Source: Octopus sinensis
Taxonomy: Eukaryota
DNA: 64,000 nt
Assembly (NCBI RefSeq): GCF_006345805.1
Contig: NW_021833250.1
Coordinates: forward strand, 14,668 to 78,667
Direction of reading: 5' to 3'
Of this stretch, positions 22,480 through 35,389 are shown piece by piece. Each line of letters starts with the position of its first letter. Positions within the stretch are counted from its first letter, which is position 1. The notes below the pieces were generated by a model that saw nothing but the letters and a program-made list of their open reading frames with translations, had not been told where the DNA came from and ran no database searches. Both the position numbers and the translations under genes were made by a program.

Positions 22480-24420
22480 CTCCTAAGGAGGCCTTAATGG
22501 ACGACCTGACACTTCTATCTATAGACAAGCAAATCTTGCAGAGTGCCCTCACGAGGCTAGACGAGCTGATAAAGCAATACAGGGTGCGATTTAGAGCAAA
22601 AAAGACACGTATTCTAACATTCTGGACTATTAACACTGTCGGATTCCAGACTCATACCGAAATTCTTCAGGTGTAGAAAATCCCGGTTTCATGACCTTAA
22701 AAACGTTGTGTGGGTGTGCTGAAGAGTAAACTATAATACAAACAAGAAAACGAATAAATCATTTAATTCACCTTTAATGATTCGTTACAATTATTTTTGA
22801 TTAACTTTTCTGTTAACAATTATTTACGTAAATAATTCGAAGTTAAAATTTGTGTAACGTTTGCGGCTTTAGACATTTGAGTTGCACTTCGTCAGACTTG
22901 TATCAAAGGTGTGGCTCTTACGTTTTGCGTCGTCCAGACATGACATTTTTTTTTTTTTGCTTATATCGGGAGGAAACGAAAAGTGGATAGAAGTATTGTT
23001 AGACGGTGAATAATTAGTATAGAGATCATGAGAGAAGGAGAAAAAGGAAAAATAACAAGAACTACGGACATTAATAAATGAGGAAAAGACAATATATAGC
23101 AAACCAGTGTATCTGGACTAAAGATTCTCAGAATGGTCAGTCAATACAACATTATGACCGGTACAAAAATTCATTAGATGTGTGAGAAATTATTTCAGTT
23201 TAAGATTAAAAGTATGAGACGAATGAAACTGATGACAATGGTAAGAACTATTGCCAGAATTACTTTAATTGAAAAGTGGTCAAAAAAGTTATAATCTATG
23301 TTAGTTTTGAACGAATATAGTTTAGATAAATTGATGATATATAAAATAGAGAAAATAGAGGAGATATAGGAAAATCAATTTGAAATTTAAAATTTTAGTA
23401 TGTCCAAGAGCAGTGGCATAATTACAATAGCGAGTCGTATAAAATGTAGTAGATAAGATGCTTAGATTGAAAGTAAATACTTAGCTAGTAATATAGATAT
23501 GACAGCCCTATAAAGCAGACTGTAATAAAACACGATCAAGGTAAAAAGGGATAAGATAAAATATATAATGTATTAAGTTTGAAGGTTAAGTATAAGAGTT
23601 TAGAATTAGCAGAAATAAAAATGTTATGTAAGTTATACAGTAAGTTGCGAATTCTTTATAAATGGAATAGTAGATAAAGCCGTAGAGAGGGAAAATTGAT
23701 AGTTAGCTAGTAATATGCATATAATGGGATTGGAGTAAAGCATAAATGTATGAAGTTTAAAATCATAAATTTACAAGTAAAATATAAAAAATTGTAAATT
23801 ATAAATTGAAAGTGACATACATCTTGGAACAAATGGCCCATATACAATCACATAAGAAGGCCTTAATGAATAACCTGGCACTTCTATCTATAGACAAGCA
23901 AATCATGCAGAGTGCCCTTACGAGGCTAGATGAGCTGATGAAGCAATAAAGGATGCGATTTAGAGCAAAAAAGACACGTATTCTAACATTTATTAAGGCA
24001 GTGAAAAAATTAAATTAAAATTTAAAATAGCAAGAGAAAGTATCCCAACAGTTAAAGAAGAACACGTAAAGAGCTTGGAGTGTATATAGGCTGGAACATT
24101 GCCAGAGAAGAGTTGCGGGATACAGATAATGAAAAATCCGGATGTAGACTAACAGCAATTGATGAATCAAACTACTAGGGATGTAAAATATGGCGTTTTC
24201 ATTTCGGCTTATATGTGCGACCTTCGTGGCCACTTTTAATATACGAGGTGGTACTATCACGAGTTCAAATCATTGAACAAAAGTGCAATGTATTCTATAG
24301 AACAGCTCAGCTCTTTATCGTAAAAGAGGCACGTTGCAGTTACCACTGACATCAACAGTCGAAATTTATAAAACAGGGAAGATGCGAACAGTAATGATGC
24401 TAAGAGTATCGAGGGAGCTA
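22480..24420 (+). mobile_element. HERO-like RT fragments (22480-22620 and ~23840-24420) homologous to 7400-8000
   Basis: 22480-22620 reads ALMDDLTLLSIDKQILQSALTRLDELIKQYRVRFRAKKTRIL (RT DD motif). 23840-24420 aligns by eye with 7400-8000. Confidence 0.6.
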
Positions 24421-24446
24421 AAAATCAGGCGTAATCTATCAGATTA

Positions 24447-26672
24447 CTATGCACAGTAGTTAAAAGCGATGGAATAATTTCTGGAATATTGGAATAGTTT
24501 CAGTTTTCGAAAAATATTATTGATTTCATAACTTGCTCTCGGATTCATTTCATTTTCCAAATGTTTTGTTTCAATAACATTGTCTAACAGAGGTTTCTTA
24601 AAAGGAAATTTAGTAGTAATTTTCGACAAAAATTTAGGTATCGCAGAAGTCACCAACATCAAGGCAATCCGTGTGAATGTTGATAGACCCAAATCCTTTC
24701 GACTTATTATGTTATTGCAAGCAAAGATAAAAAGATACGATTAGAAATAGTTTTACAATGGATTTACCAATCTCGTGTCTCAAAGGACAGTGTTTGTTAA
24801 CGATTACTTTAAACAACTTGGCTTTAATGAATTCCTCTCCACATATTGACAGAACTAAATCTGGGTGAACAGGTTTGGTTAACTGTATAAATTCAACAAG
24901 AAATACGTAGCTTGAATAAAATGCCCATGCTATATGAATTAGCAATGACATCAACGATAAAATTACAATAACACACTTGAAAATATGACTACGTTTCTCA
25001 TAGAGAGGTAAAATATACATTTTGAAATAACTTAATGGTAAAGTTAGAATCAAATATACGAAGGGGATTCCGTAATAAACGAGACACAGAAGAAATTCGC
25101 AGATAGAAAATACAGCAAATAAAATCACAATAAAAGGAAAAAAATATAAATTTTGGAACATTTTTATCCCATTTTTTTTATACGTTTAATCCAAGTACTA
25201 AATAGTAAGTACCAGAAATCTGGGTTTGCAGCAACAGAAATATTAGCTTTCATTATTGCAAGGAGTCGATCATAATCCTGAAGTGCAGTAACATTCAAAT
25301 TACCATACTCCATTAAAATTTTTTTATCTTTAATGAGAAATGTGCAAGTGGATTCTTGATATAATGCATTATAAGCAATAGCGTCACTTACACGACTGAG
25401 AAGAACTAAGAGAATAAAGTTAACAATTATGTAACTGATTATCCCAACAATAGGATTCAAAACAAAACTACCTGAAAGTTCATTACCTTTCGGGATTCCT
25501 AGAATGGAGGAGCGATAACCCAACGGAATACGATCGTGTGAAAATATTGTCAACGTTTCATATAAAAATAAGTAATACAGTAATAGATCCAGGAGAATTT
25601 CTGAGAGAGAAAGCAGAATAAGAAAGCCTCTTCTTAGTCTTGAAACAACAGTAGTCGAATAATGAAAGCAAAATAACCACGATGAAAAAATGAGAAAAAC
25701 TGCAAATATCATGTTTTACACAAATCCATTCCGATTTGTCTGGCAATGTGTGTTCAATTGTAAATTCATCGTGATGTAATTGTTGCTTGTTAGATTCAGG
25801 GGAATCTGGCGATGCCTGTTCAATTGACAAGACGACTTCCTCGTCAGCTGATTGTTGCTGGTTAGGTTCACTGGAATTTGGCGATGTGTTTTTAGTTGGC
25901 AAAGAGTGGTTAGCTGATAGTGGTAATTTAGCTTCTGATACAAAACTGATGAATAATGGAAATATAACCCACAGAACTGCTCCAACAATATTTGCACAAT
26001 TGTCAAACATACTATTTTCAATGATATTTCCAGAACAAATGGATTTCGATTCGTAAGTGTGCTTATCATTTTCATGTAGTTCACAGCAATGGTTCTTCAG
26101 TATCTCTCGATTTATACCCAATCTTCTCTATGTTGATAACGTAGAAAGGCTGTTATTCCTCAAGCGACGCGACAAATTTATAAAAAAACACATATATCCA
26201 GATTCTCCCATCTGCAAGTTATCGATAACTACGATTCTCTTTAATTCTTCGAAAATCAAACTTACCGAATCGTATCTCCGAATATTTTGTTTTCCACAAT
26301 TTATATCGACAACAATATTTAGAGAAGCAATGTAAAAGTCTAATATATTAAATTAATGAACTGAAAAATCAAAGAGGACATTTTTATACATTACTAAACC
26401 ATCTGGTTTATCTGGAATCCACATGAAATGCCTCGCATTTGCAAAATAATCCAGTGGTACAGGATTGAGAAGATCATCGAGCTTTTTATCAGCTATATGG
26501 ACTTCAAAATTGAAAACCAGTTTGCCTGATTTTACTAACCGAGTTAAATTTTGACTGACATTAGGAGAAATTTTAATTTCACAATTATTTTCGAGGTTTT
26601 CCGCTTGTATGTTAATGATTGATGTCAGTGAGATAATAATGGTGATTGATAAAAGAAGTGCTTTTACAATAT
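24447..26672 (-). pseudogene. Pseudogene of the multi-pass membrane protein (paralog 2)
   Basis: Translation HIVKALLLSITIIISL...PDKPDGLVMYKNVLFDFSVH*...LST*RRLGINREILKNHCCELH matches paralogs 1 and 3. It has two in-frame stops (~26354, ~26129), several frameshifts, an internal deletion near 24900, and no start codon. Confidence 0.9.
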
Positions 26673-26974
26673 GGTATTTGATGGTTCTTAGAAGCTGGCA
26701 GAATTGTTTACATGCCGGATAAAATGCTTTGTGGTGTTTTGTCTGTCTTTATATACTTCAAATTTCGCTGAGGTCGTCTTATCCGTTCGGAGTCGATAAA
26801 AACTTCTTTAACTATTTTCAGCCATTATACTGCAGCCCTGCTGGTGCCCACTTTGAGCTTTTAGTTGAATGAATCGACCCCAATACTTAATTTTTAAGCC
26901 TGGTACTTATTTTATCGATCAATTTGCCGAGCCACAAACATCTCCCCACACACACATCCAACCCACGTAAGTAT

Positions 26975-27066
<92 letters not shown>

Positions 27067-27081
27067 TAATAGTATTTTTGG

Positions 27082-28293
27082 CGATCACCGTGCATTGACT
27101 AAGGAAAATAGTCTAATAAAGGGGCAAATAAACCCTCGTCAGAGAAAAGAAGGCTTTTCTATCTGCATAGGAGTCGAACCCACATTCCTTTGTTAACGTG
27201 ACTGTGTTACCTTTATACTAGCCAATTAGCCTCCCTTTTCCTGGGAAATTTAAGAACTATAATAGTTCGTGTTTGTTTGTATCTTTTGTATGTAAACAAA
27301 CTTCCTATGTGTTTTCAGTGCGAATGGTTTTTATACTGTGCCGTTTTTACAATACTGTTAATAATAATAATGGTATTTTTATATAAGCTTAAAGCTTATT
27401 GCGACCACCGTGCAATAACTAGGGTAAATAGGGATCTTTTCGGTTTGAACGGCAGTTTTTAACATAATTTCTAGGTAACTAAAAATTTTAAACTTCGTAT
27501 ACTGGTAGAATGTGTTTATAAAACATCTTTTTCTCTTGGCATTATTGAGAAAATTCTATAGTTTGTAAGATATTTGTTGTTTCTTTCTTCAATTTCTGCA
27601 ATTTCAACCAATCAAATACGTCTATTGAGGTAAAAAAAAACATTCTGTGCCGTATGAATATGTCCCTCGTTTAAGAAACAGATTGGGTTTATTTATTTTC
27701 GTGAAGAAAAAAAAGATACCCTTCTCCCCACCCCTAACCCTAAACCTAACCCTAACTAACCCTAACCCTAAAACAGATTGAAATGCAATAGATCGATACT
27801 AGGGTCATAATTTTGAGTGACAATTTCATGACACCGCTAGAAAAAACTGCCGTTCAAACCGAAAAGATCCGAAAATAGTATAATAAAGGGGCATAAAAAA
27901 AAACAGAAGGATTTCCTATCCGCGTGGATATGTAAATAAACTTTCTATATGCTTTCGGTTTTTTTTTTTATGCGGCGCCGTTTTTACAATACTGTAAATA
28001 ATAATGAAACAAACACGAACTATTATAGTTCTTAAATTTCACAGGAAAAGAAAGTTTGATTCGCTGGTGAAAAGGTAATACACTTAGTCGCGTTAACAAA
28101 GGGATGTGGGTTCAACTCCCATACGGATAGGAAAGCCTTCTATTTTTCTGTTGATGGTTTATATGCCTCTTTATTAGACTATTTTCCTCAGCCAATGCAC
28201 GGTGATCGCTTTAAGCTTATATAAATATACCATTATTATTATTTACAAGATTGTAAAAGCGGCACCGTGTAAAAAGCCATTCGCACCGAAAGC

Positions 28294-28295
<2 letters not shown>
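27082..28295. mobile_element. Inverted pair of tRNA-derived SINE-like repeats
   Basis: 28005-28295 mirrors 27082-27400. The + copy has gctggtgaaaaggtaa...gggttcaactccc (A/B-box-like). Confidence 0.6.
27432..27870. mobile_element. MITE with ~29-bp TIRs and 8-bp TSD, Merlin-like
   Basis: TIRs GGATCTTTTCGGTTTGAACGGCAGTTTTT / AAAAACTGCCGTTCAAACCGAAAAGATCC; flanks gtaaatag / gaaaatag; internal (CCCTAA)n at ~27730-27772. Confidence 0.75.
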
Positions 28296-28328
<33 letters not shown>

Positions 28329-28329
28329 T

Positions 28330-28480
28330 ACGATGGGCTTCTTTCAGTTTCTGTCTACCAAATCCACTCACAACGGTTTGGTCAGCTCGAGGCTATAGTA
28401 GAAAACACTTGCCCAAGGTTTGATTCAGTAAGACTGCATCTCAAACCATGTGGTTGGGAAGCAAGTTGTTTTACCACGCC
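28330..28480 (-). mobile_element. SINE (related copies ~55010-55150 and the inverted pair 60137-60372)
   Basis: Shared aaccatgtggttgggaagcaag...ttaccac head and cttctttcagtttccgtct body. Confidence 0.7.
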
Positions 28481-30159
28481 TTTGTTCGATAAAATTTAAA
28501 TGCCATTTTTTAATTATGAGTATTTAGGAGACTGTACAGAGACGAATTATATTGTTGTAAACTCTTACGTATTTCCTTATACAGTGCGCATGGTAAAATA
28601 ACTTCACCACTATTTCTATGGGGTCAATGTATCCAGTTTTTCTCCGCTGCTCAGACAGAATGGAAAAATGCAACACCATTTTATAGGGATTCCAAGAATG
28701 GTAGGAGAACGAAAGCAATCTCAGATCATTGTTTATGCTAAAAATGACAACTAAATATCCCTCATATCATCCCTTAAATTTTTAGAAAAGGATACATTGG
28801 ATAGAAACTTTCGAGTGGGCATTACATATCTATAAACAGGGTAGTGGTCGGAGATGGATTGCTTCGTATAATAGAACTGCTTATTTAAGGTTGACCTGCG
28901 GCTAAACAATAGCATCAGTACCAACGACCACAACAGCATCAACAATAACAAGAAATAATAATAATTTTCTTACATTTTTTCTGGGCGAGTTACTATGAGA
29001 TATATATGTGTGTATATATATATTCAGTAAATACTGTAAAGTACAGCTTTAACTAATTTCTTAGAAACATCAGTATTAATTCTCGAACATGAAAGCAAAC
29101 TTTTTCTGCTTTCGGGATTAAACTAAATGTGGGAGAAAACAGTTGGTCTACACTATAACGACTTGAGCTTGAGTGATTTATTCACTTCAAATGAAACAAA
29201 CATATATGCATAGCTACATACATATATATTTATATATGCACATATATACATATATGAATATATACATACATAAGGTAGATAACGACAATGTTGTCTGCGA
29301 TTATTAGTTGCAAACAACTTGCAGATGGAAGTTCTAACTGTTAAAAGCCACGTATACCGAATAATAGCAGACGTATGAAGTCATAGCGAGAGAATGCACT
29401 CTGTGTTTGAGACCTTTCTTTTGCTGGTATTATGGCATGCTGATCCCACTTACGGAAATAAGACCTTGCTTGCCAAATCAATTGGTTCACGCAGTATTCT
29501 TTTCGCCGTTGAGTATAAAAGGAGGGAGATATTTATATGAATGTATGCATATAGGTAGGCGTCTATATGTCTGTATATATATATATATGTGTGTGTGTGC
29601 GCGTGAGTGTATTGTATGTATGCATATATGGACACACACACAGGCATATGTGTGTGTATGTATTTGTGTGTGTGTCTGTGTGTGTGTGTACACAGATACA
29701 CACACACACACATATATATATATATGAGTGTGAAATTTTAAACATATCCATACATTTTCCTTTGCCACTACTATTAACTGTTATCAAGTATCCTAGTTTA
29801 CATTTTGTCTTTTCATGACCAGGTTTCCAGGCAACTGAAACATTCAAAATGTCTATTAATTATCACCAGCATTGTATCAACAACAGCATTATTTAAATTA
29901 AATGACAAAGACTAGTTAAATTTTTGTTACCAACCAGGAAAATGTTCCAGTCTTGGCTATATGCTTAGCCTAAATATGACCTAACTTAGCGCGTTTACTC
30001 ACAGTTAGAGAAGGATAATAATACACACACAATAACGTCTTAGATTACATTCTAAACATACGAGGTGGTATTAAAATATTCCCGGCTAATTATCTTATAA
30101 CTTATGAAATAAGAAGAGTGCAAGAGCGATACTGTGAAGGGAAATATAATGGCATGGAG

Positions 30160-32983
30160 CAGTGGTTCCCAAACTTTTTAGTGTCGCGACCCACTATTTA
30201 TCACACCAGTTTATGACGGCCCACTTAACTCTACTGAGTAAAAACATTAATGAAATTAACAAATTTATTTCAGATTACATCTTCAGTGAGGCCTGTGGGA
30301 AGGATGAGCCTGTTTCTTGCTACACTCAATAATAGAATTAACATCTATTGATCTATCTACCGTCTAGCTGCTGTCTATTCCAATCATTTCATTGGCTAAT
30401 TGATAGCCTCCTGGTGATCACACCTATAGTTTTTTAATAATTTATATACTTACTAGTGAAATCCATAATGTCTTATTTATTAAAATTTTTTGCTATTTAT
30501 ATTAAACTAGCTGAAGGTGACCCGCTCTACACGCGGGTAAGAGTGTGGTTGTTACTTTCTGTTGCTTCCTTTCAGCACGTAAAAAGCACCATCCGAACGT
30601 GGCGGATTGCAGCGCCGCCTTGACTGGCTTCTGTGCTGGTGGCACGTAAAAAGCACCAACCGATCGTGGCTGTTGCCAGCCCCCCTGGAACCTGTGCCGG
30701 CGGCACTAAAAAAGCACCCACTACGCTCACAGAGTGGTTGGCGTTAGGAAGGGCATCCACCTGTAGAAACACTGCCAGATCGGACTGGAGCCTGGTGCAG
30801 CCTCCTGGCTTCCCAGACCCCGGTCAAACTGTCCAACCCGTGCTAGCACGTAAAACGGACGTTAAACGATGATGATGATGATAATGTTTCTCCCTCTTTG
30901 TTTCTCTCTCACTTTCCCCACTCTCTTACTCTTCCTTTCTCTCGGACTCTCCCTCACTTTCTCTTACTCTCTATCTTTATCTATCTCTCTCCCATTTATA
31001 AACAACAAAAGATCTTGAGTAAGTTGAGAAATAAAATATTTAGAAAGATCAATCATAAATATCAGGCAGTAACAACAGAAAGGTCTGCTTCAAGGCAGAC
31101 AGCAAAACACTAACATTTAAAAGGGACAGACGAACATGCGAACTGAATAAAATTAATAAAATATTGGAAACCAAAGTTTGAAGGGATAGAATCTGAGGGT
31201 AGTAGAGTCAGCATGGCTGGCATTTCTTAACGACGGACAGCAACGTTTTGACAGTTTAATGGCTGGCGTAAAATTTTGAACTTGATGTAAAAGAAAATCC
31301 CTAAACACCAAGTTTTGAAGTGATTCTTTTTCACAACAGTAGACTCACCATGGCAAGCATTCAAAACTTCTTCATCATGGACGGCAACACATTGACGATT
31401 AAAAGGCTGGCGCAAATTTTTTAGCTTGATGTAACAGAGAATTCCTAAACACCCGCTCCTTTAAATTTTAATCCCTTTCCAGCCCCATTTAGACCCCTTT
31501 TCACATTTTGATTAATATAACGCGATTTCATTCGGGTGTACTGGGGCCACATTTTATAAGATGAGGAATTTTGTCCTAGAGGTCACGCCTTTCATTTGAG
31601 GAAAAAAAATAGTTGTCATGCAAACTTGCCAGCACTTTTAACATAGGTTTGCATCTATGTATGTGTGTGTGTATGTATGTGTATGTATGTGTGTGTATGT
31701 ATGTGTATATGTGTGTGTATGTATGTGTGTGTGTATGTATGTATTTCCATTGAGTCAACCTCACTATTTTCTACATAGCAGACCGTTACATAAACAGGCA
31801 AAGGCACATACAAACATACACACTCACACATACATACACACACATACACACATACACACACATACATACACATACATACACACTCATACATAGATACATA
31901 CACACACACACATACATGCATACATACATATACACATACATGCATACACACGCAAGCACTACAAAAATCGAGTAAAAAATTTCAGTTATCTCTCTCTTTC
32001 ACACAGACAGATACATAAAAGAAGGCCGTTTGTATGAAATAGAGTGAGTATTGTTTGTTGGTGGTGTTGGTGGTGGCGATGATAATTATCATTAGGAAAA
32101 AGAGTGAGTGAGTGAGGAAGAAATATACATAAGTTGTGGCGATGATAATTCTCCCTATGAATGCAGACAGGTACATCAAAGAACGCCGTCTGACGAACTT
32201 AAAAAGGGAAAGTGAAAGGGAGTTGAGGGGAATACATTAAATAACGGGTGTGGATATCTCAAAGTTATACATGAAGGGGAGTAAGAGAGGGAAAGGAGGA
32301 AATAGCGTGAGTGAGGAAGATGGCCCCTAGCAACCACACCTTTTAAGCTAGATATTTCTACGGTAGCCCACGGGCATCGTCACCTCATTCTACATGTCCC
32401 TGTAAATTTTGGAGCGAATCAGACGGGACGTAGTGGCATTGAAAGCGATCCAAGCGGTAAAAACGCATTTCAGTTTTATATATAGAGATGTGAAACAAAA
32501 CGTTTTATAACTGTTTCAATGTCTCTATACCCTATGTGTAAATACTAACACTAATACAAAACCTTGAAGTAGTAACTGTTATCGGCTCGATCAGTGTTAT
32601 ACTTCGCCTTGTTAAAGTTCTCTATAAATAGGTAAAAACGGACCTTTCCTTTTTTACGATTACGTACGAATAAATAAGTTGAGAAAATGACAACCTCTGA
32701 TTTGTTAATTCCGTGAAAAAGCCTACTGCTTGATAAAACAACAAGTTTGGTATTGAAAACATAAGCCTTGAACTATCTCGATAGACAGTAGTTAACCAAA
32801 GCTAATGCGTAATTTTATAACTTTTTGCGACCCACTAAGATTCCGTTCGCGACCCATCTGAATGTATGCATGTATGGACACACACACAGGCCTATATATG
32901 TGTATGTATTTGTGTGTGTGTGTGTCTGTGTATGTGTACACACAAACACACGCACACACACAGGCATAGTTTGGGAACCACTG
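30160..32983. mobile_element. hAT-superfamily non-autonomous element (16-bp TIRs, 8-bp TSD)
   Basis: TIRs cagtggttcccaaact / agtttgggaaccactg; flanks gcatggag / gaatggag (7 of 8 match). Confidence 0.85.
30507..32488 (-). mobile_element. Non-autonomous Helitron nested in the hAT element
   Basis: Minus strand starts A|TCtctatatataaaactg at 32488 and ends in an acccgc-gtgtaga-gcgggt hairpin then CTAG|T at 30510-30507. It contains a further repeat at ~30570-30880 ending in (gat)n. Confidence 0.7.
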
Positions 32984-33131
32984 GAATGGAGAATGTGACT
33001 GATATCAGAAAAGGGAAGAATAGAGTTGTATAAGCAACAAATATGGAGTAGCAGTGGAATAGTAACGTTAATACAGTTGCCATTTAGAGATAGACATGCG
33101 CGTGCTTTCAATCTGTCCTCTCTCGCTCGCG

Positions 33132-33162
<31 letters not shown>

Positions 33163-33699
33163 TTCTCTTTCTCTCTATCTCTCACTCTCTGTCTGTCTCT
33201 GTCTGTCTGTTTCTCTCCCTCTCCCCCTCTCTCTCTCTCTGTAACACGCACACATATGCACAGACTCACAAATCTATAGACAAGTATATTTGACAACGTT
33301 TTAACCGAAATTATCCGGAAATAACCGAAATATTCCATTTTTCCATTTATGAACAGACGATAAAGAAGTTATCGTCTGCTAAATTCTTAAAGTCAAATCA
33401 TTTTCTTTTTCACGAAGACGATGTTTCAAGTCAACATTGATAGTGAAGTACCTTCTTAATTTCGTTTTTATTATTTACAAAATTATAATCACTCATTCAT
33501 CTATCGCAAAGTTAGAAAGAGAGATTTCTAAATGAGAAATTGTTATCACTTAGTATCTTATCCGTTTTGGTGTTGTAATTTTCTGTCACGTTCTGTTCAC
33601 GAAACCATCTAAAGTTTAAACTGAAGGTGAAGTTCTTTACTGAATTTATTGAAAAATATTCAACAATTACATTAATTTATTAATTCACCCCTTTAATAA

Positions 33700-35290
33700 A
33701 GTCATGGGTGATGATAACTACATGTTCAGAGTTGTGTCACTCATGCTCAAAAACAACACAAATTACCGAACACTTCGGAAAGAGTCCGTGCGATACATAT
33801 GCAATAATTGGAAGTATTTTCATTCTTTTATTCCTAATAGGACAACGCAGGAATACCAAGCATACATGATTAGGGATAGAACATACATTAGTAATGTGGA
33901 ATTAGCTGCTATTAGTGAATTGTACAATGTTACAATTCAGGTTCACCACAAAAATGACGATGAAATTATTCTTCCTCTGTTCACCGTTTGCAGCAAACAT
34001 TTACAGAAAGGAAGATTTCATTGTTGTACAGTGGCGAAATTGACAGCGGTCACTATGATGCTCTCTTTCCCATAAACAACCATGAGGAAATGAAATATCA
34101 CACGACAGTAAAAAAGTCAAAAGAATGAGAATTCAAATACTTAATATGAAAAGCGCAGAAGAAAGCAAAAACCATCGGGAAGTGAGGTTGCGAGAAATGA
34201 GGGAGTATGAGAGGAGGACAAGAGAACAAGAAGGTGATAAAGATATGGGAATAAGATTGCAGAGAAAGAAGGAAAATTATAGAAATATAAACGTAGAAGA
34301 AAATAAAAAAGTCAAAGAAATACGATTGCAAAAAGGAGAGAAAAGGTAGAATAAATAGAAAACAAGAGTGAAAGCGGCCGAAAAATACGATTAAAAAGGA
34401 GAAAGCTTTCCAGAGAAAATCAGCAGAAAACGTATTGGCGATTTCAATGGCAAGGTGTAGCATTTAATTATGATCCTAATCGTAAGTTATGCATCTGAAA
34501 AAATTGTCCCCCTGGGCTCTATGTGCGAAACATGGGAAAAGTGTGGTGTTAGGAAGTGAGGCAAGGAACCATTAGGTATGTGTTGTTATAAAGGTAAAGT
34601 CCATTTACTAATAACTGAGCCTCAAGAACTTATAAAACATCCTGTTTTGGGTACCACTTCAGAATCAAAACACTTTCTTAAAAATATTCTAGCATACAAT
34701 TGTGCTTTTCAAATGACATCATTTCGGGCAAAACTTAAGTGGATTTATGCTGACTTTTAAAGTGCAAGGACAAATTTATCTCTTAAGCCTTTACAGAATA
34801 AAGATACACAATTTTTTCAAATATATTTTATAGGTGACGTTCAAAAAGAAGCACAGTGTTGCAGCAATAATTGTCCAGGTACAAGATTTGAATTTCTTTT
34901 TAAGCTTCAAGAAATGCTTTACGAAAAGAATTCTTATGTGAGAAGCTTTCAGTATGCTTTAGAATATACTTCAACTGCGGACTTTCAAGTTGTCATTGAT
35001 GCCGACAAAAGACCAGCAGGAGAACATGTCCGTCGATTCAATGTTCTTGAGTGTAATGAAGTGGCAATTATTATTGTTGGAGAACGAGATATTGTTTTGA
35101 AGTATTGTGACAATAGCATCACGTTCTTAAATGAAACTCATCGTTCATATCATACTTTACAATATCCCTTGCTTTTTGTTAACGGAGAAGATGGATACTA
35201 CTTTGATATACCACAAGCTTGAGGAATCACTTCCAAAAGAACTGTATCCTGTAAGGAATACTATGTTCATCGATTGATGATTTGAATATT
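33700..35290 (+). mobile_element. Helitron remnant with OTU-protease-like and Rep N-terminal regions
   Basis: GDDNYMFR...VELAAISELYNVTIQV and (frameshifted) SGHYD (OTU); CCYKGKV; AYNCAFQMTSF; FKVQGQIY; ETHRSYHTLQYPLLF...GEDGY. Confidence 0.8.
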
Positions 35291-35389
35291 ATGTGAATAA
35301 TATTCGAATATTATGTTCATCGATTGATGATTCGAATAATAGTGTGAATAACGGTGGTAATGGAACTGAAGCCCTTGATGGTGACAGCG

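Noticed and set aside
28060-28130. tRNA-like A/B boxes (also ~1660-1730)
   Set aside because: No complete cloverleaf, and the boxes are attached to repeat bodies. Treated as SINE heads, not tRNA genes.
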